Source: Octopus bimaculoides (Eukaryota). From it: a stretch of 64,000 nt of DNA. Made by a program: the position numbers and the translations under genes. The DNA is taken from assembly GCF_001194135.2 (NCBI RefSeq), contig NC_068999.1, forward strand, positions 50,984,727 to 51,048,726, given 5' to 3'. The notes beneath the pieces were generated by a model that had not been told where the DNA came from, searched no databases, and worked only from the letters and a program-made list of their open reading frames with translations. Below, in pieces: positions 39,817 to 53,925 of the stretch (the first letter of the stretch is position 1; each line of letters starts with the position of its first letter).

Positions 39817-42294
39817 TTCATATATTTATGTGGGTGGACAGAATTGCCTTGTAGTATTTATTCCGGCAATGAAAATCTGACCTTTTTTAAACTTCACCTT
39901 CTTCATTTGTGTCAATGAAATGAAATGGCAGCAAAGTAATGGAATTAATCCTATCCTCGCGAAGTCGTTGGCCACGCGATAGGTTCCAGCCAGGTCCTTT
40001 ACTTTGCCCCAGATCCCGTTTGGATAGAATGAGAAGTCTGACTATCTGCTACTTTTGGAAGGAATGCATTTAACTACCTACATATTCCATTTTTAGTCAA
40101 CAACCTCTGCATAGCGGACTCTATGTAATGAGGATCTTGGAGCGCAGATTCTTGAGGAGGCTATTCCAACTACCCATTTTCCAAGACGATGAAAAGGTAT
40201 GGTCTCCGATTAAAAGAACCGTTTTCCAAAGCTCGGATTTTAACTATAGTTCTAGTTCAAGAAATTATCAAGATTGAGCAATGGGCATATGGAATTTCGT
40301 TAGGTACTCAGCACCATCTACCATTTGGAGAATGCGATTGTGGGAAGTTGCACTTTAAGAATATATTAGAGTCTAGTAATAATATTTCTTTTTGATTTAT
40401 TGGATAAATAAGTATTTTTTATATAATTTCTTTGATTATTATTCTAATTAAGGTTAAGTTAATAGTATAACATTAAAAAATTTATTTAAAATATAGATTC
40501 GATTATATAAGTCTTGCATTTTTTTTCAATAATTTTGTTATGCTTTTCTTTTATTTATTGGTGATATAATTATTTTTATATAAATTAATTTTAAATAAAT
40601 TTAATTAATTTTTGTTAGTTTATATTAAAATTAAAGTTATTTATTTTACGTTTATAATTTTAGTTTAACATAAAACTTCGTTTACATTTGCGCAACTTAC
40701 TCCTGCATGTTTTCTTTTTGTTCTTCTTATATAGAAATAGCTAATTAGGGAATACAGCTTCATTCCATTTCGAAGATCAGTAGAAAAAGAAACAAAAAAA
40801 AGTGTACTTGAAGGAATTTTGGTTGTTTTCCTTCGCATGAAAATACTGCAACTTAGAAACTCCCTTTTTAACTCACCACATACACTTATTTATGCTTGGT
40901 TAGCGTAACTAGCAATTGGAGAGGATTTAATGAGATCCACATGCATACATGGAAAATGTCCATATTTATGATGGATACACCTACGATAACCATGTGGGCC
41001 TAACATCACTAAAACATTGCAAACGATATATAGTGAGAATAAATGTGTGCATTCTGGACAGTGACAACTTTTAGATCTCCTTTTATTGAAATCAATATGG
41101 ATGGTCTATGCATTCCACATTTCCTCATTTACGCATCGATTTGGTGATATTAAGCAGCATCCATGCATCACGTTTTTGGAATATATTAACTATACAAACT
41201 AAACCAAGCTGGCCTTCATAAATATAATTCATCTATCATTCGGTTTGGAAAGAAGCATAGATATATTTGTTAGAATATATATAACGCGCGCGCGTATGTG
41301 TGTGTGAGTGTGTGTGTGTAAGTATATATACACCTACGTATATATATGCTCATAACGTGCAAAATCATGTGCCGCGATGCACGGACAATGCACATGTAAG
41401 TATAAATTCAAATAAGAAATAGAAGTAGGGTTAGTGTAATAAACATTACCAGCCCCATGTACTCAGTTTATAAGCCACGCATATTTTCCCGTAGGCTGCT
41501 TCTTGTGTGATGGTGAAAACTCTCTCAAATCACCGGGTATTAAAACACGTTAGCATCTTGGGCAGTCGAGCTAACTCACTGTCAATTTCATCTAAAAGTG
41601 ATGGACGTATTCTTAGATTTCTTAGTGATGGATGTTCCTTATTTTTGCCAAACCTGGAAAAATCTCACTATTTGATACCGATTCCGAATATAGATAAAAA
41701 TTGATCTATTGTTTCCCATATTCAACTTCCATGATTTTCGAAATCTGCACCTAACCGCCATAAGTAAACTGTGTCATATGGCATATGGTGTACAAAGAGA
41801 GCACTTCGATATCGGATATACTGGCACAGTCCAATATATCTGTTTTTACTTGTATATGTGATGGCCTATAATTCTGTATTTGTGTATGAAGGTCAGTTTC
41901 GATGACGGAGTACGCTATTCAATATTGAATTGTTTCTGTAATGGAATATATTGATTTGATTGCACTGAAAATACCCAAGCCTTTCACCTTATTACATAAT
42001 ATTGGTTTTTACAATAGGTACACATTTTCAATAAGTACCAATATTACAATCGATTTAACCGACTTCAGTATTGATTTTGTTTTATGGCACATATTTTAAT
42101 CGACTGTGGGGTAAACAAAGACAAAGCTATCCTTCGTGGGTTTAAGATCGAAGCGTAAATAAACGTAAATAAGTATCGAATGACATATGAGGGATACGAA
42201 ACGTTTCTACAATATTACATAAATATTGCTTAACATTTCATCTACACAGATTCAGGCAGTAAAACATGAGACAAAATATGTGACAATGTGTCAA

Positions 42295-42646
42295 AGCATA
42301 GAAGCTGACAGAATGGTTAGCACACTGAATAAAATGTTTAGCGACATTTCGTCCGTCTGCATGTTAAGAGTTCAAATTTCGCCGAGGTCGACTTTGCTTT
42401 TCATCCTTCCAGAGTGAATAAAGAATTGGACCAGCTGGACACTGGGGTAGATTTGATCAATTTAGCTGCTGCCCCGCCCTGTTGGCGAGTGCATAGAAGG
42501 CAGCGAGCTGGCAGAGTCACCAGTATGCCGGACAAAATACTTGCCAGCATTTTGTCTGTTGGTATGTTCTGAGTTCAAATTCTGTCGTGGTTAACTTTAC
42601 GTCTGATAATTTCGGGGTCAATAAAATAAGCACCAGTCGAGCACTG
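42295..42646 (+). mobile_element. Two tandem diverged family B SINE copies (about 42295-42470 and 42499-42646)
   Basis: Each unit has a GCTG(A/G)CAGA head, a GAGTTCAAATT B-box and a (GGGG)TC(A/G)ATAAA-like body. Confidence 0.75.
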
Positions 42647-43890
42647 AGTTTCAAAATCTGAAACCAGTATTTGAGTAAGCATGCATTCAGCGTTGAAATC
42701 TTTCATGAGTTGATTTTGAGCTTCAAACTTCAAATTAAATACCAGTTCAAAATTGATCCCATAAAACATACTACACCAATTGCTGATGTTAGTGCGTATA
42801 TTATAATGCAAAATTACAAAATGAAGAAAAGAATTCTGTAGAGTACACCATTGACTAATGTAGTTTGTAACGAAATTTTAAATTAGTTAAACTATAATAT
42901 GGATAATATTGAATTTCAAAACACAATATTGTTTTAAGATACGATATGGTTATTATTTTAACTGGTTAAAAGATGGTATTAATCATTTTATGTTTTGTTT
43001 ATTTTTATATTCATATGTGATCTATAATTCGCACAAAAATTTCTTTTTCTGATTTGGTTAGTTAATATATTTTAATATCGTGAGTATAAAAGTTAAATTA
43101 CGAATAATATATTGTTAAACGGATAACATATTGTTTTAAAATATTATTTTCTTTTCTTTGCACGAAGCGAATTCATTTTATCTTCTTTGAAAAGCTAAAA
43201 ATAATTCAAAATAACATCGAAATACAATATAAGGTATGAGATTAAATATGAAGGTGAATTACTTCTAAAAATTTCTAATAAAATCCTAATATGGCGAATG
43301 CAAGTATATTTAAAAAAAAAGAAACACTAGAGAATAGAAAAACAAAAAAAAATCAGAAAACGAGGAAAAACAATATATTTATAAGGAAATTGGAATGTCT
43401 GATATGATTAAGTAAAGATGAAATTTTTTCAAGGAACTACAATGTGAATTGAGAGCTAGAGATGACTTCAACGTAGTAAATATTCTGGTACGTATTTCGT
43501 ACCAGCAACGAACAAGCAGAAATAGTAACATTGTTAGTCAAATTTTACGCACGTCTTTTACTCGAATCTCTTTACATACAAATTTGTACCTATACATAAA
43601 TGCATATAAGGGCACCCCGTTGATGTAGTTGAAATTCCAATGAAGGATCCATCGATCTAGGTTACAAACCGGCTCTTTCTCTATTGGCAAGACATCTCGA
43701 AATAAAACTGAATAATGACATACATACACACACACACACACAGATGTATGTATATATGTATATACATATATGTGTATGTGTGCATGTATGTGGTTGTGTG
43801 TGTGTATATTATCCACATTTTATAGTAGTAGATAGCTCACGCACGTGTATATACATGTTTATGTATATATATATATATATATAAACATGC

Positions 43891-43966
<76 letters not shown>

Positions 43967-44668
43967 TAGAAGTATGTTACAAAAAGAAAATAGATAGATA
44001 CACGCATGTAAGAGCCTGTGTTTGCGTGTGTGTGCTGAAGAAAAGGGGGAAGACGGAAAGAAAGGAATATTTTGAGTACTAATACTTTCATACTGGGAAT
44101 GTGACATTATGCTTAAATGTTATATCTGGCTTCACACATGATTTTATGTCCAATAATATTTTCCTCTAGCACACACCGTACATTGATGAAGCAACAAAAC
44201 TAAATCCGAAACCTAATCCTTCACCGTTTAATTTACTCATGGGCCATGATGTATAGATGGCTCTTGAATATTATGTTAGATCTGTGTAGAATTTAATGTT
44301 CTCTGGTTTTAAATCCCTCGGTGTGCAAATACATACAAGTCACATACCTACCAGTTTGCCATCGATCCTTTAAACGTGAGTTATGAAATGTTCTATACAA
44401 AATCACACAGAAATACATCTTTAAACATGCGCTGCATTCCAGTACAATCGTTATTTGCACATAGGTAGAAATGCAATATATTAGTTCACAGATATTTATA
44501 TATGATTATTTCGCATTTATATATAAAGTCATACATACATTTACGTATAGACATATACACATACGTATTAATTCATGCACATACTGGCATATTGGAAAGA
44601 GAGTGATGAAATAGCTACATAGGTAGATGGATAGATAAATAATCAAATACATACATATATCTATATAC

Positions 44669-44719
<51 letters not shown>

Positions 44720-44756
44720 TATACAGATATATACACACATAGATATACATACGTAT

Positions 44757-45046
44757 TAATAATTATTTCTTATTAACAGCAAATTAATCATCATCCCTCA
44801 CAGCTGTTTAAGTTAATACTCAGTAAATATTAATTAAATATTGACTTTGTATGACCTGCACATAATATCTTCAGGGTGCCAAAAATATACCCTTGGATGT
44901 TTTGTATGTATATATGGATTCATTATAGAAGATATTATGCTGAGGTCATATAAATTAAATGGTTAATTAATATTTACTGATTATTAATTGAAACAGCTGT
45001 AAAGAATGATGATTAATTTGCTGTTAATAATAAACAATTAATTATT
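44757..45046. mobile_element. Foldback/MITE-like element with about 115-bp inverted arms
   Basis: 44757-44872 is the reverse complement of 44928-45046 at roughly 85% identity by eye, e.g. TATTAACAGCAAATTAATCATCAT versus ATGATGATTAATTTGCTGTTAATA. Confidence 0.8.
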
Positions 45047-45544
45047 ATCTTCCCAATCTTCATTCTTTTCTTCTTTTATATGACTGGTATTTGTTTATAT
45101 ATATAGCTATTATTCTAAGGAAATTATTTTCCCCAAATACCATACATGTATGTATGCATGTATACTCATGTACATGTGTATATCTGCATCATTCGACCTG
45201 TTGCGTCAGTACGGAGATTACTTAATCTAGAACTAGTTCATTTCGCTTGGCACTTTGTTATTTTTGATTTATTTGTGTAGTGGCCAATATCAGAATAAGT
45301 TGTGTGTCTGCTGCGTTTATCTGGATTGACTCATTATTTCATTTTTTTAAAAAAGGGGGAATTTTTCATCCCTTGCGGCTTCACAAAAACGTGAAAATTT
45401 CACAAATGGGTGAGGTATACGGCATAAGCTGTTCTGTGTGATTTTTCGGTCTTGATTGTAATCTACTACAATTAAAAGTCGACGAGCATCGTAGTTATTT
45501 ATACCATTAATGTTTTACGACTCTTTGTTGCCTACTTTTCTGTT

Positions 45545-45895
45545 ATATGCTTCTCGCTTTGTAGACACGTGGTTTCTGATTCAGTGCGGTTGCGCAGCAA
45601 CTTGGACAAGTATTTTCTTGTATAGTCCAGAATTTACTGATGTCTTTTGAGTGAATTCGGGTATCAACATTTTTGTGAAACCCGTAATATTTTCATGTGT
45701 TCCTGTGTTAGTATTTTCCCACCTACTCGTTACTAACGATATTAATTAGTTTATGACTCCGTAACTTAGATGATTTGGAAACGTAACTAACAAAATAAGT
45801 GCCAGACCTAAATCTAATAAGGACTGGAGTCCATTTGTTCGGCTTAACACTTGGAAGTGGTGAGCAAGCATGGCCGTTGTACAATAACTTATGCA
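45545..45895 (+). mobile_element. Old degenerate family A SINE
   Basis: CACGTGGTTTCTGATTCAGTGCG...CTTGGACAAGTATTTTCT and ATAAGTGCCAGAC...CATTTGTTCGGCT...AGCATGGCCG match the 5' and 3' parts of family A. Confidence 0.5.
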
Positions 45896-47212
45896 AGGTA
45901 AAGAATAAAAGAAGAAACGAATAAACTATTCTAATAACTTTGTGCCTATTTTAATAGCTTTGTGATATGCTCTAGGTATAAGCCCTCTTTTTCTCTGCTC
46001 CGGCAGAACAGTTGCTCGATCGAATGGCAGTTTGTTCACATTTTTTCCTGTCGAGGATAAAGATGAAACTAGTGAGTGATATTTATGTATATTTTTTAGA
46101 TTTACATTTGAAGGAAATATTAATGTAATATGCGAGTCAGCTTCTTATATTATCGTATCAGTTGCACATTGCTTGAATCTCTTTCATTTATTGCCAAATT
46201 ATATTTACACTTTCTGCTTGGTTTTTAATATTGAATGTTTCTTTAAAATTCATTTCTCTTCGAAATTTCGTGTTTGTAATTTACAAGTTACAACGTGTAT
46301 TCTTTTTTTTTAATGCAGGGTGTTACCTAACTTATTCGTATACGTTCCATAATTAGACATAAATGTATATATGTTTTATTCTTGTTTTCTTTTTAATATT
46401 TCAAATCATTTTCCATAAAAATATATTTTGGCAGAAAATCAGAGAAATTTTGCATGACATAAACTTTGGCTCGATTCCCCCGGCAAATGCGTTTCATCAG
46501 AATAATTTTGCATATAATTGAAGTAAATGTTGTATCAAGCGAAGCAGTTATTCTAGAAAGATTACATATGTCACGAATCCACTCGGTGCACAAGAAATTT
46601 CTTTCGATTTAAAAAAAAGAACAGAGGTTCGTTCATGTAAAAACATGCACGATTTGTGATTACTTGACAGTGGAAAAGGAATATCATCTTATCTCATGCT
46701 GTCTTCGTTCAGGTCTCTTTATGCAAATAAAATGATTGTGTACTTCGTAAAAAGCATTCTTTGACTGTCTTACAGTATTGTAAGCATTTTCTTTTCTCCC
46801 CAAACAAAAAGAAGTGAGGTTTCATTTGAATAATACATGTAGTTACACTTTTATAAAATGTTGAATAATTCTGCCTATTAAACTTCAATTTCCGATTCCG
46901 GTGAGTTGAATTACGTGGTTGATAAAAACTAGATGCATTGAATTACATATACAAAGAGCACATCTTACTTAAATATGCATATGCCCAACCAAACAACTTA
47001 ACAAAAGAAAGAAGTTTAATAAAATACAATATGTCATGATTTAAACTGAAGTCATCTACAGTCTTTATATTTTGTAACTTTTTCTTCCGTGATATAATAC
47101 GCTTGTATTCTATTTGTTCATGGTCACCTAGTTTTCAAAAATATATCCATATTTACACTATAAAAAAAAAATCTGATATATTTGAACACAATCATTATAT
47201 GCATGGAACGCA

Positions 47213-47267
<55 letters not shown>

Positions 47268-47680
47268 TGTATGTGTGTGTGCGTGCGTATGTGTGTGTGT
47301 GTGTGTGTGTATGCGTGTACTTGTGTGTGTAGAAAAATAGATAGACATATGTAAGTATATATATGTGCGTGTTTTTTTGTGTGTGCGTTTGTGTACAACA
47401 GAATAAATAGGTGGCTTATTAGCAATTTGAACCTAAAGGCACAATTAATAGAGGTCACAAAAGTGACGGCGTGTACTGAGCAGCACCAACTATTGCTAGA
47501 AACAAGATTTAAAATAATACAAAATCCACAAAGCACTGTACTTAATGACTGACAACGGGAGGTAAGGCTCCAGCGTATATAGCCGGATCGAACGATTTCG
47601 GATTTTGAATCATAGCATCTTAGACCTTGTCAGCGACCCTTAACGCCTAGGGTTAAACTCAACTATATTATATACCTACA

Positions 47681-47760
<80 letters not shown>

Positions 47761-48633
47761 ATAATAGACAGGGATATATCAATTGTAAAGGCACAATTTG
47801 CGTCTGGGACACTGCTATGTTTATGAAAATAAAGCCAACTGAGTTCTGCAAGAAGGAGAAGCGTAATTTTTATTTTACTTCAATGTTCATCGATTTTCAT
47901 ATAACACGACATTAATGGGAAAATAAATTCTGCTTTGCAGAGGATCATGTTACGTGAAGGTTCTGTGATCTCATTGTATTCAAGGTCAATTTCATCTGGA
48001 ATAAGTTGAAAACTTATAATAATAGCGTTCAATAATTAAACATCTTGCGAACTTTAGTAATGCCCTTTCAATTACTGAAGGTTTGTGATAACTATCAGGA
48101 CTTTATTTTTCATTTTCGAAAATTTTCAAGATTGCGAAAAAAAAAAAAAAAGAAAAAAGGTGGCAATTAGATACAGGAATCAAATACATATTGTGGCTAC
48201 GATTCTCATTCAAACTGCATTTAATTATGCACCGGTTACAGATCAGCATAAATCTGTCAGATTTTTCACAAGATCACAGTATTGAATGCTGAGATAAATC
48301 GTGTATACTCCAAGCATATCATTAACCAAAGAGTTGAAGATCTCGCTCATTAAAAGCTGCTATAAAATATTGCTATAATCGAAATGAAGTTTATTTGGAT
48401 ACTTTAGATATTTGGCTAAATATCAAGGCATTACTACATTTATAGAAATTAACATGTCGTTACATCATTAATATTTGCGAACATCAAAAGACATCAATAT
48501 CAACATTATTAACAGAAAACAACTCATAAACGAAATGATAATATTGATATTGCGTATTTTAATTGATTACTGATATTATTGTTATTGTTGTTACATTTAT
48601 CACCATCATATCAGTTATTTATAATCGGGAATT

Positions 48634-48754
<121 letters not shown>

Positions 48755-49103
48755 GTTGGTAATCATATTAACAGTTACATGTCCAATGAGCCAAAAAAAA
48801 AAAAGTAAAAGCAGACGTTATCTCTTGAATGTGAATTTTTTCTTTTTTCTTTATTGCTAAAAGGAAACCAAGAGACACGTCATAGTGCTTTGATAAATCT
48901 TTACTGTCATCGCCACATTTCGAAAATTATCTAATGATTTTATAACATTCACGTTTATGACATTAATCTAATTAAGTCCGACACGTAATTTTAGTTATCA
49001 GATCTTACCCAGCTTCACTCTTTCGTTCTCACTGTCTTTGTTTACCTTTCCCTCCTTCCTTCTCTTTCTCTCTCGTTTTCTCTTTTCTTTCTCTGCCTCT
49101 CTT

Positions 49104-49141
<38 letters not shown>

Positions 49142-49291
49142 TTCGACGTGCAATTCTTGAAGCTAGACATGAAAACTCAAATGAAAATAAAGAGTATAAC
49201 CACACTCTGTTCCTTCCCAATGAACCTATGTACATATTATAGTATAAATGATAATGCCAATTGCCAAATAATTCAGGATATAAATACTACT

Positions 49292-49345
49292 TTCCACTAT
49301 AGGTACAAAGCCTGAAATTTTGAGGGAGGGAGCTGGCAGATAACT
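49292..49345 (-). mobile_element. Family B SINE 3'-end fragment
   Basis: TAGGTACAAAGCCTGAAATTTTGAGGGAGGGG matches the reverse complement of 11775-11808. Confidence 0.5.
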
Positions 49346-49864
49346 CAAATTCACCTTGCGAACGAAAGGGACTAGATCCGGAAAGCAATATATATCAAGA
49401 GGAATTAATCATTCAGTGATTCGTAACAGGAATATACGTACACAGCAAACACAAATTTCAGTCAGCCATTTGTACACATACATGTATAGATCAGAGATAT
49501 TCTGGTTATAAATTATTTAAGAAAATACAGTTACTTCGTAATTCTTGTAGCAAAGATAAACAATAAATAGAACATCAATCGCCGATTGATTTCTTCTATT
49601 GTCAAGAAGAGATGTTGCAGACATGTCGCATTGTACAAAGCCTTATGCAATTTCAACCACAATTAAAATGACGGATTTGTGTTCAAAACACCGACTGAAT
49701 TATGGAAAACATATTTACACGACGTCTATGGTGTTGGACTATGGAATTCTAGCAAAATACTATTATACTATATAATTTAGTACTATATTTTCTAGACAGA
49801 CAGAAAGACAGATACATACATACATATATGCATGAGTATGCATACATATGTGTGTATATGTATA

Positions 49865-49907
<43 letters not shown>

Positions 49908-50938
49908 GTGTGTGTATGTACGTCTGTAATCTTATGTACAAGGGACGTCAAAGTATTAGAAACGGTATGACTTGGTTCGTTTGATCTGTGTAGAATCAGA
50001 CGTATATATAGAAATTGTGAGCTTTTCCACCAATATTACTTTAGGATTTTAGATTCAACATATATTTCTAGTTATGTTTACCCCTTAATTTTCAATCACG
50101 TTTAGAAACACACTTTATCACAATTTCAGTCGAATATACCATGTCTATATTGTAATATCTGTTTAAAATAGAGTTGGCGTTAGCGCAGTAGAATTCAAAA
50201 TTTCAAACATAGTTGGAAATATCACTTAAATCAACTTTCCTGGAGTATTTTATGCCTGGATATAAGAAGTCATAGATAATTGTCTCTACTCACTAATTCG
50301 TTTATGAAGTTTCATGCGGGAAATTTATCAAATCATAAATAACTGAATGGAATTTATAATATACAAGCTAAGGTTTTATAAGTGACATCTCCTTTTAATT
50401 TTCTTTCCTGTTTCACATATTGAAGAATAAATAGAAAGAAAATCAAATATCCGTTTATTCTGAATTTATTACCAGTAGACCAGAAGTGGTCGAGTGAGAA
50501 TAAGTATCAGTTCAGAAGCCACGAAGTATATGATTGCATTACGTACAGAACTGAGCTGTAATATTACAAATTTATTTTGATTTAGTAAAATATCAATTTA
50601 TTTATGATAGGATGCGTGTATCGCTCTGCAAAACATAACTTAACGGCTAAGCATAGGTTCCATTTATCGAGCGGACATTGTGATTACATACAAAGTATGT
50701 GTTGAGCTTCTGTTTTAAATAGCGTGTAATGCTCACATACTTATTGAGAGAGACAGAGGGAGAGATAAATAGATAGATAAATACTGATATACATATATGT
50801 TTGTAACATTATGAATTGCTGTGTAAGAGCAATTATATTGAAACACAATACACTTTACCTCGTTTAAATTCTAAAATCACATGCAAAATGCATAACAGCG
50901 AAAAACTTTGTATTTACAATGCAATAACCTATAATATT

Positions 50939-51318
50939 TGTTGTTGTTGGCACTCCGTCGCTTACGACAGCGAGGGTTCCAGTTGACCCGATCAACGGAA
51001 CAGCCTGCTCGTAAAATTAACGTGCAAGTGGCTGAGCATTCCACAGACACGTGTACCCTTAACGTAGTTCTCGGGGATATTCAGCGTGACACAGTATGAC
51101 AAAGCTGACCCTTTGAATTACAGGCACAACAGAAACAGGAAGTAAGAGAAAGTTGTGGTGAAAGAGTACAGCAGGGTTCGCCACCATCCCCTGCCGGAGC
51201 CTCGTGGGGCTTTAGGTGTTTTTGCTCAATAAACACTCACAACGCTCGGTCTGGGAATCGAAACCGCGATCCTATGACCGCGAGTCCGCTGCCCTAACCA
51301 GTGTGCCAATTCGCCTCC
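50939..51318 (-). mobile_element. Family C SINE, full length, with short (CAA)n tail
   Basis: About 90% identical by eye to 21157-21536. The plus strand begins TTGTTGTTGG, i.e. a (CAA)3 tail on the minus strand. Confidence 0.9.
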
Positions 51319-51527
51319 NNNNNNNNNNNNNNNNNNNNNNNNNNNNNNNNNNNNNNNNNNNNNNNNNNNNNNNNNNNNNNNNNNNNNNNNNNNNNNNNNN
51401 NNNNNNNNNNNNNNNNNNNNNNNNNNNNNNNNNNNNNNNNNNNNNNNNNNNNNNNNNNNNNNNNNNNNNNNNNNNNNNNNNNNNNNNNNNNNNNNNNNNN
51501 NNNNNNNNNNNNNNNNNNNNNNNNNNN

Positions 51528-51560
<33 letters not shown>

Positions 51561-52617
51561 TTACGCACAAACCCACACATATCTAGATGTGATGAATACT
51601 CATACTTGTGCACAGGAGGATAAACAAGAAAAGAAAACTGTTTTCACACGGAAATAGAGGTTCCTTGTTTTCAATCATCTATATGTATTTCTTTAAAATA
51701 AAATCTAGTTACTACGACAGCATATTATGGAAAACAGCATGAAAACAAAAGCATCGCCACGACTAAAATTGGCATCATCAGCAACAACAGCAGCAGATGC
51801 AGAAAAAAATATTAGCTTCACCTGAATAATATTCGATTCCGATATTGACGGATTTGAAACTTACTTCAAATGAAGATATATTGTATTCTATAATGAAATT
51901 AAAAATATCTCTGACTTCGGAAACTTCTTAACCCCACACACTTCATTTTGAAGGAGGTCAACGGTAGTCTAATGCATTTCTGTTCAAGAGGGTCACTAAT
52001 ATGATATACTTGGCGAGTAGAGATACTTGGCGAGAAAACAATAAATAGAATGTAGCATGAAAGAATTAAAGATGTATAGGAGAAATATGTAGAAACATAC
52101 TTATTGTGAAACATATCAATAGAATCTCATCAAAGAATGAGGCGACTAGGCACAGCTGTTTTGACGCCGGTGATTGGGCTCGGCTGTCTAAATTTTAAAC
52201 CTCTTTTGTCGATAGAATCACTTGGCGCTGGATTCTAACATACTCACAATCGCGGACATGTTCGCATTCGCGCGCACACACACACATACACGCACGCACA
52301 CACACAAACTCACACACGCACACACACAAACGCACACTTACACGCACATCCTTACACATACACATATTCACACACACGTTCATCGTACAGAGAAGTACAC
52401 AAACGTTTGGTGCTGGATTCTAAAACACACACGCACACGCATGCACACATACTCATACACATAGGCATACGCACAAACTCACGAACACACACATGCACAT
52501 GCACATACTCACACATATGTTCACATGCAAAGAAATATACACATAAAGGTAGAAAAAGTGAAAGAGATAGGGGGAGAGAGAGAACGTGAGAATCATTAAA
52601 ATGTCTTATGTCAACTA

Positions 52618-52712
52618 GAGGAGCACTCCATCGGTTACGACGACGAGGGTCCCAGCTGATACGATCAACGGAACAGCCTGCTCGTGAAATTAACGTGCCA
52701 GTGACTGAGCAA
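52618..52712 (-). mobile_element. Family C SINE 3' fragment
   Basis: GCACTCCATCGGTTACGACGACGAGGGTCCCAGCTGATACGATCAACGGAACAGCCTGCTCGTGAAATTAACGTGC. Confidence 0.85.
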
Positions 52713-53196
52713 TCCACAGGCACGTGTACCCAATGTCAAATATGACAGCATCGAATCAGCAATGCAAAATAGGCGGGAAAAATCGGCTGTGGCCACAACG
52801 TCATTTAAGCACCTCACCAATCCCCAAACCAAAACTCTGCAATAAATGAATAAATGAAATATGATACCGTAGTATCCCTGTACAATTTGACTGCGTACGA
52901 TTTTGTTCAGAACGTATGTGCATCCAATTCAAATAATATGTTTAGCTCTAGCATCACCTCTGATTTCAAAGTATTAAGCTCACCAGTTTCCACATAATTG
53001 TTACACACTATTTATGATCTGGTTATATTCAGAGAAAGCTTACGTTAACTATCGGGTATCTGTATCATACCACGTACATCTGATATATCGTAATTGCATA
53101 GTCAATTATATTTAGTAGGTCAATAGAAACTTCAATAAAACTTGGTCAACTTTATTCTCATACGGGCAATATAATCAGCATTAACTCTCTTCTATA

Positions 53197-53256
<60 letters not shown>

Positions 53257-53605
53257 TGTATGTATGTATGTATGTATGTATGTATCGGCATTTTTTCTTC
53301 CGCCCTCCTCCAATTCTGTTACTACCCGAAAAATGTTAAAAACCTTTTGGTAAGATTTCTATTTGTGTTAAGATTTGAATTCTCCGATTTGCGCAGACAA
53401 AACAGAGTGGTGAAGAATTTGGCTTTGCAATTAAATGGTTTCAATTTTGGTCCCAATGTGTGCATCTACGATAAATGGCTTCTACTATATCCTCGGTTCG
53501 CTTATTGATTTCTTACTGAAATCTGTAGAGTGAAACTGTATGGAAAATTGTCATATTTATGTATTTATGTATGTATTTATGTATTTATACAGATAGCTAC
53601 AAATA

Positions 53606-53608
53606 GAT

Positions 53609-53663
<55 letters not shown>

Positions 53664-53766
53664 AACATATTTAGATAGAAAGAGAGAGAGAGTTAGATAG
53701 ATAGACAGATAGGTAGATCGATAGACAGATAAATAGATAGATAAATAGATAGACAGACAGACAGAC

Positions 53767-53824
<58 letters not shown>

Positions 53825-53925
53825 ATAGACAGAGAGACAAACAGATAGAGAGAGAGAGTGAGTGAGTGAGATAGATAGATAGACAGACAAACAGTTAAAC
53901 AGACAGACAGACAAATAGATACATA
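53606..53925. repeat. Compound (GATA)n/(GACA)n tract
   Basis: Read directly. Confidence 0.9.

Noticed and set aside
41520-41830. Minus-strand coding-like decay (IWETIDQFLSIFGIG...)
   Set aside because: Multiple stops and no assignable domain; possibly an old LINE but unsupported.
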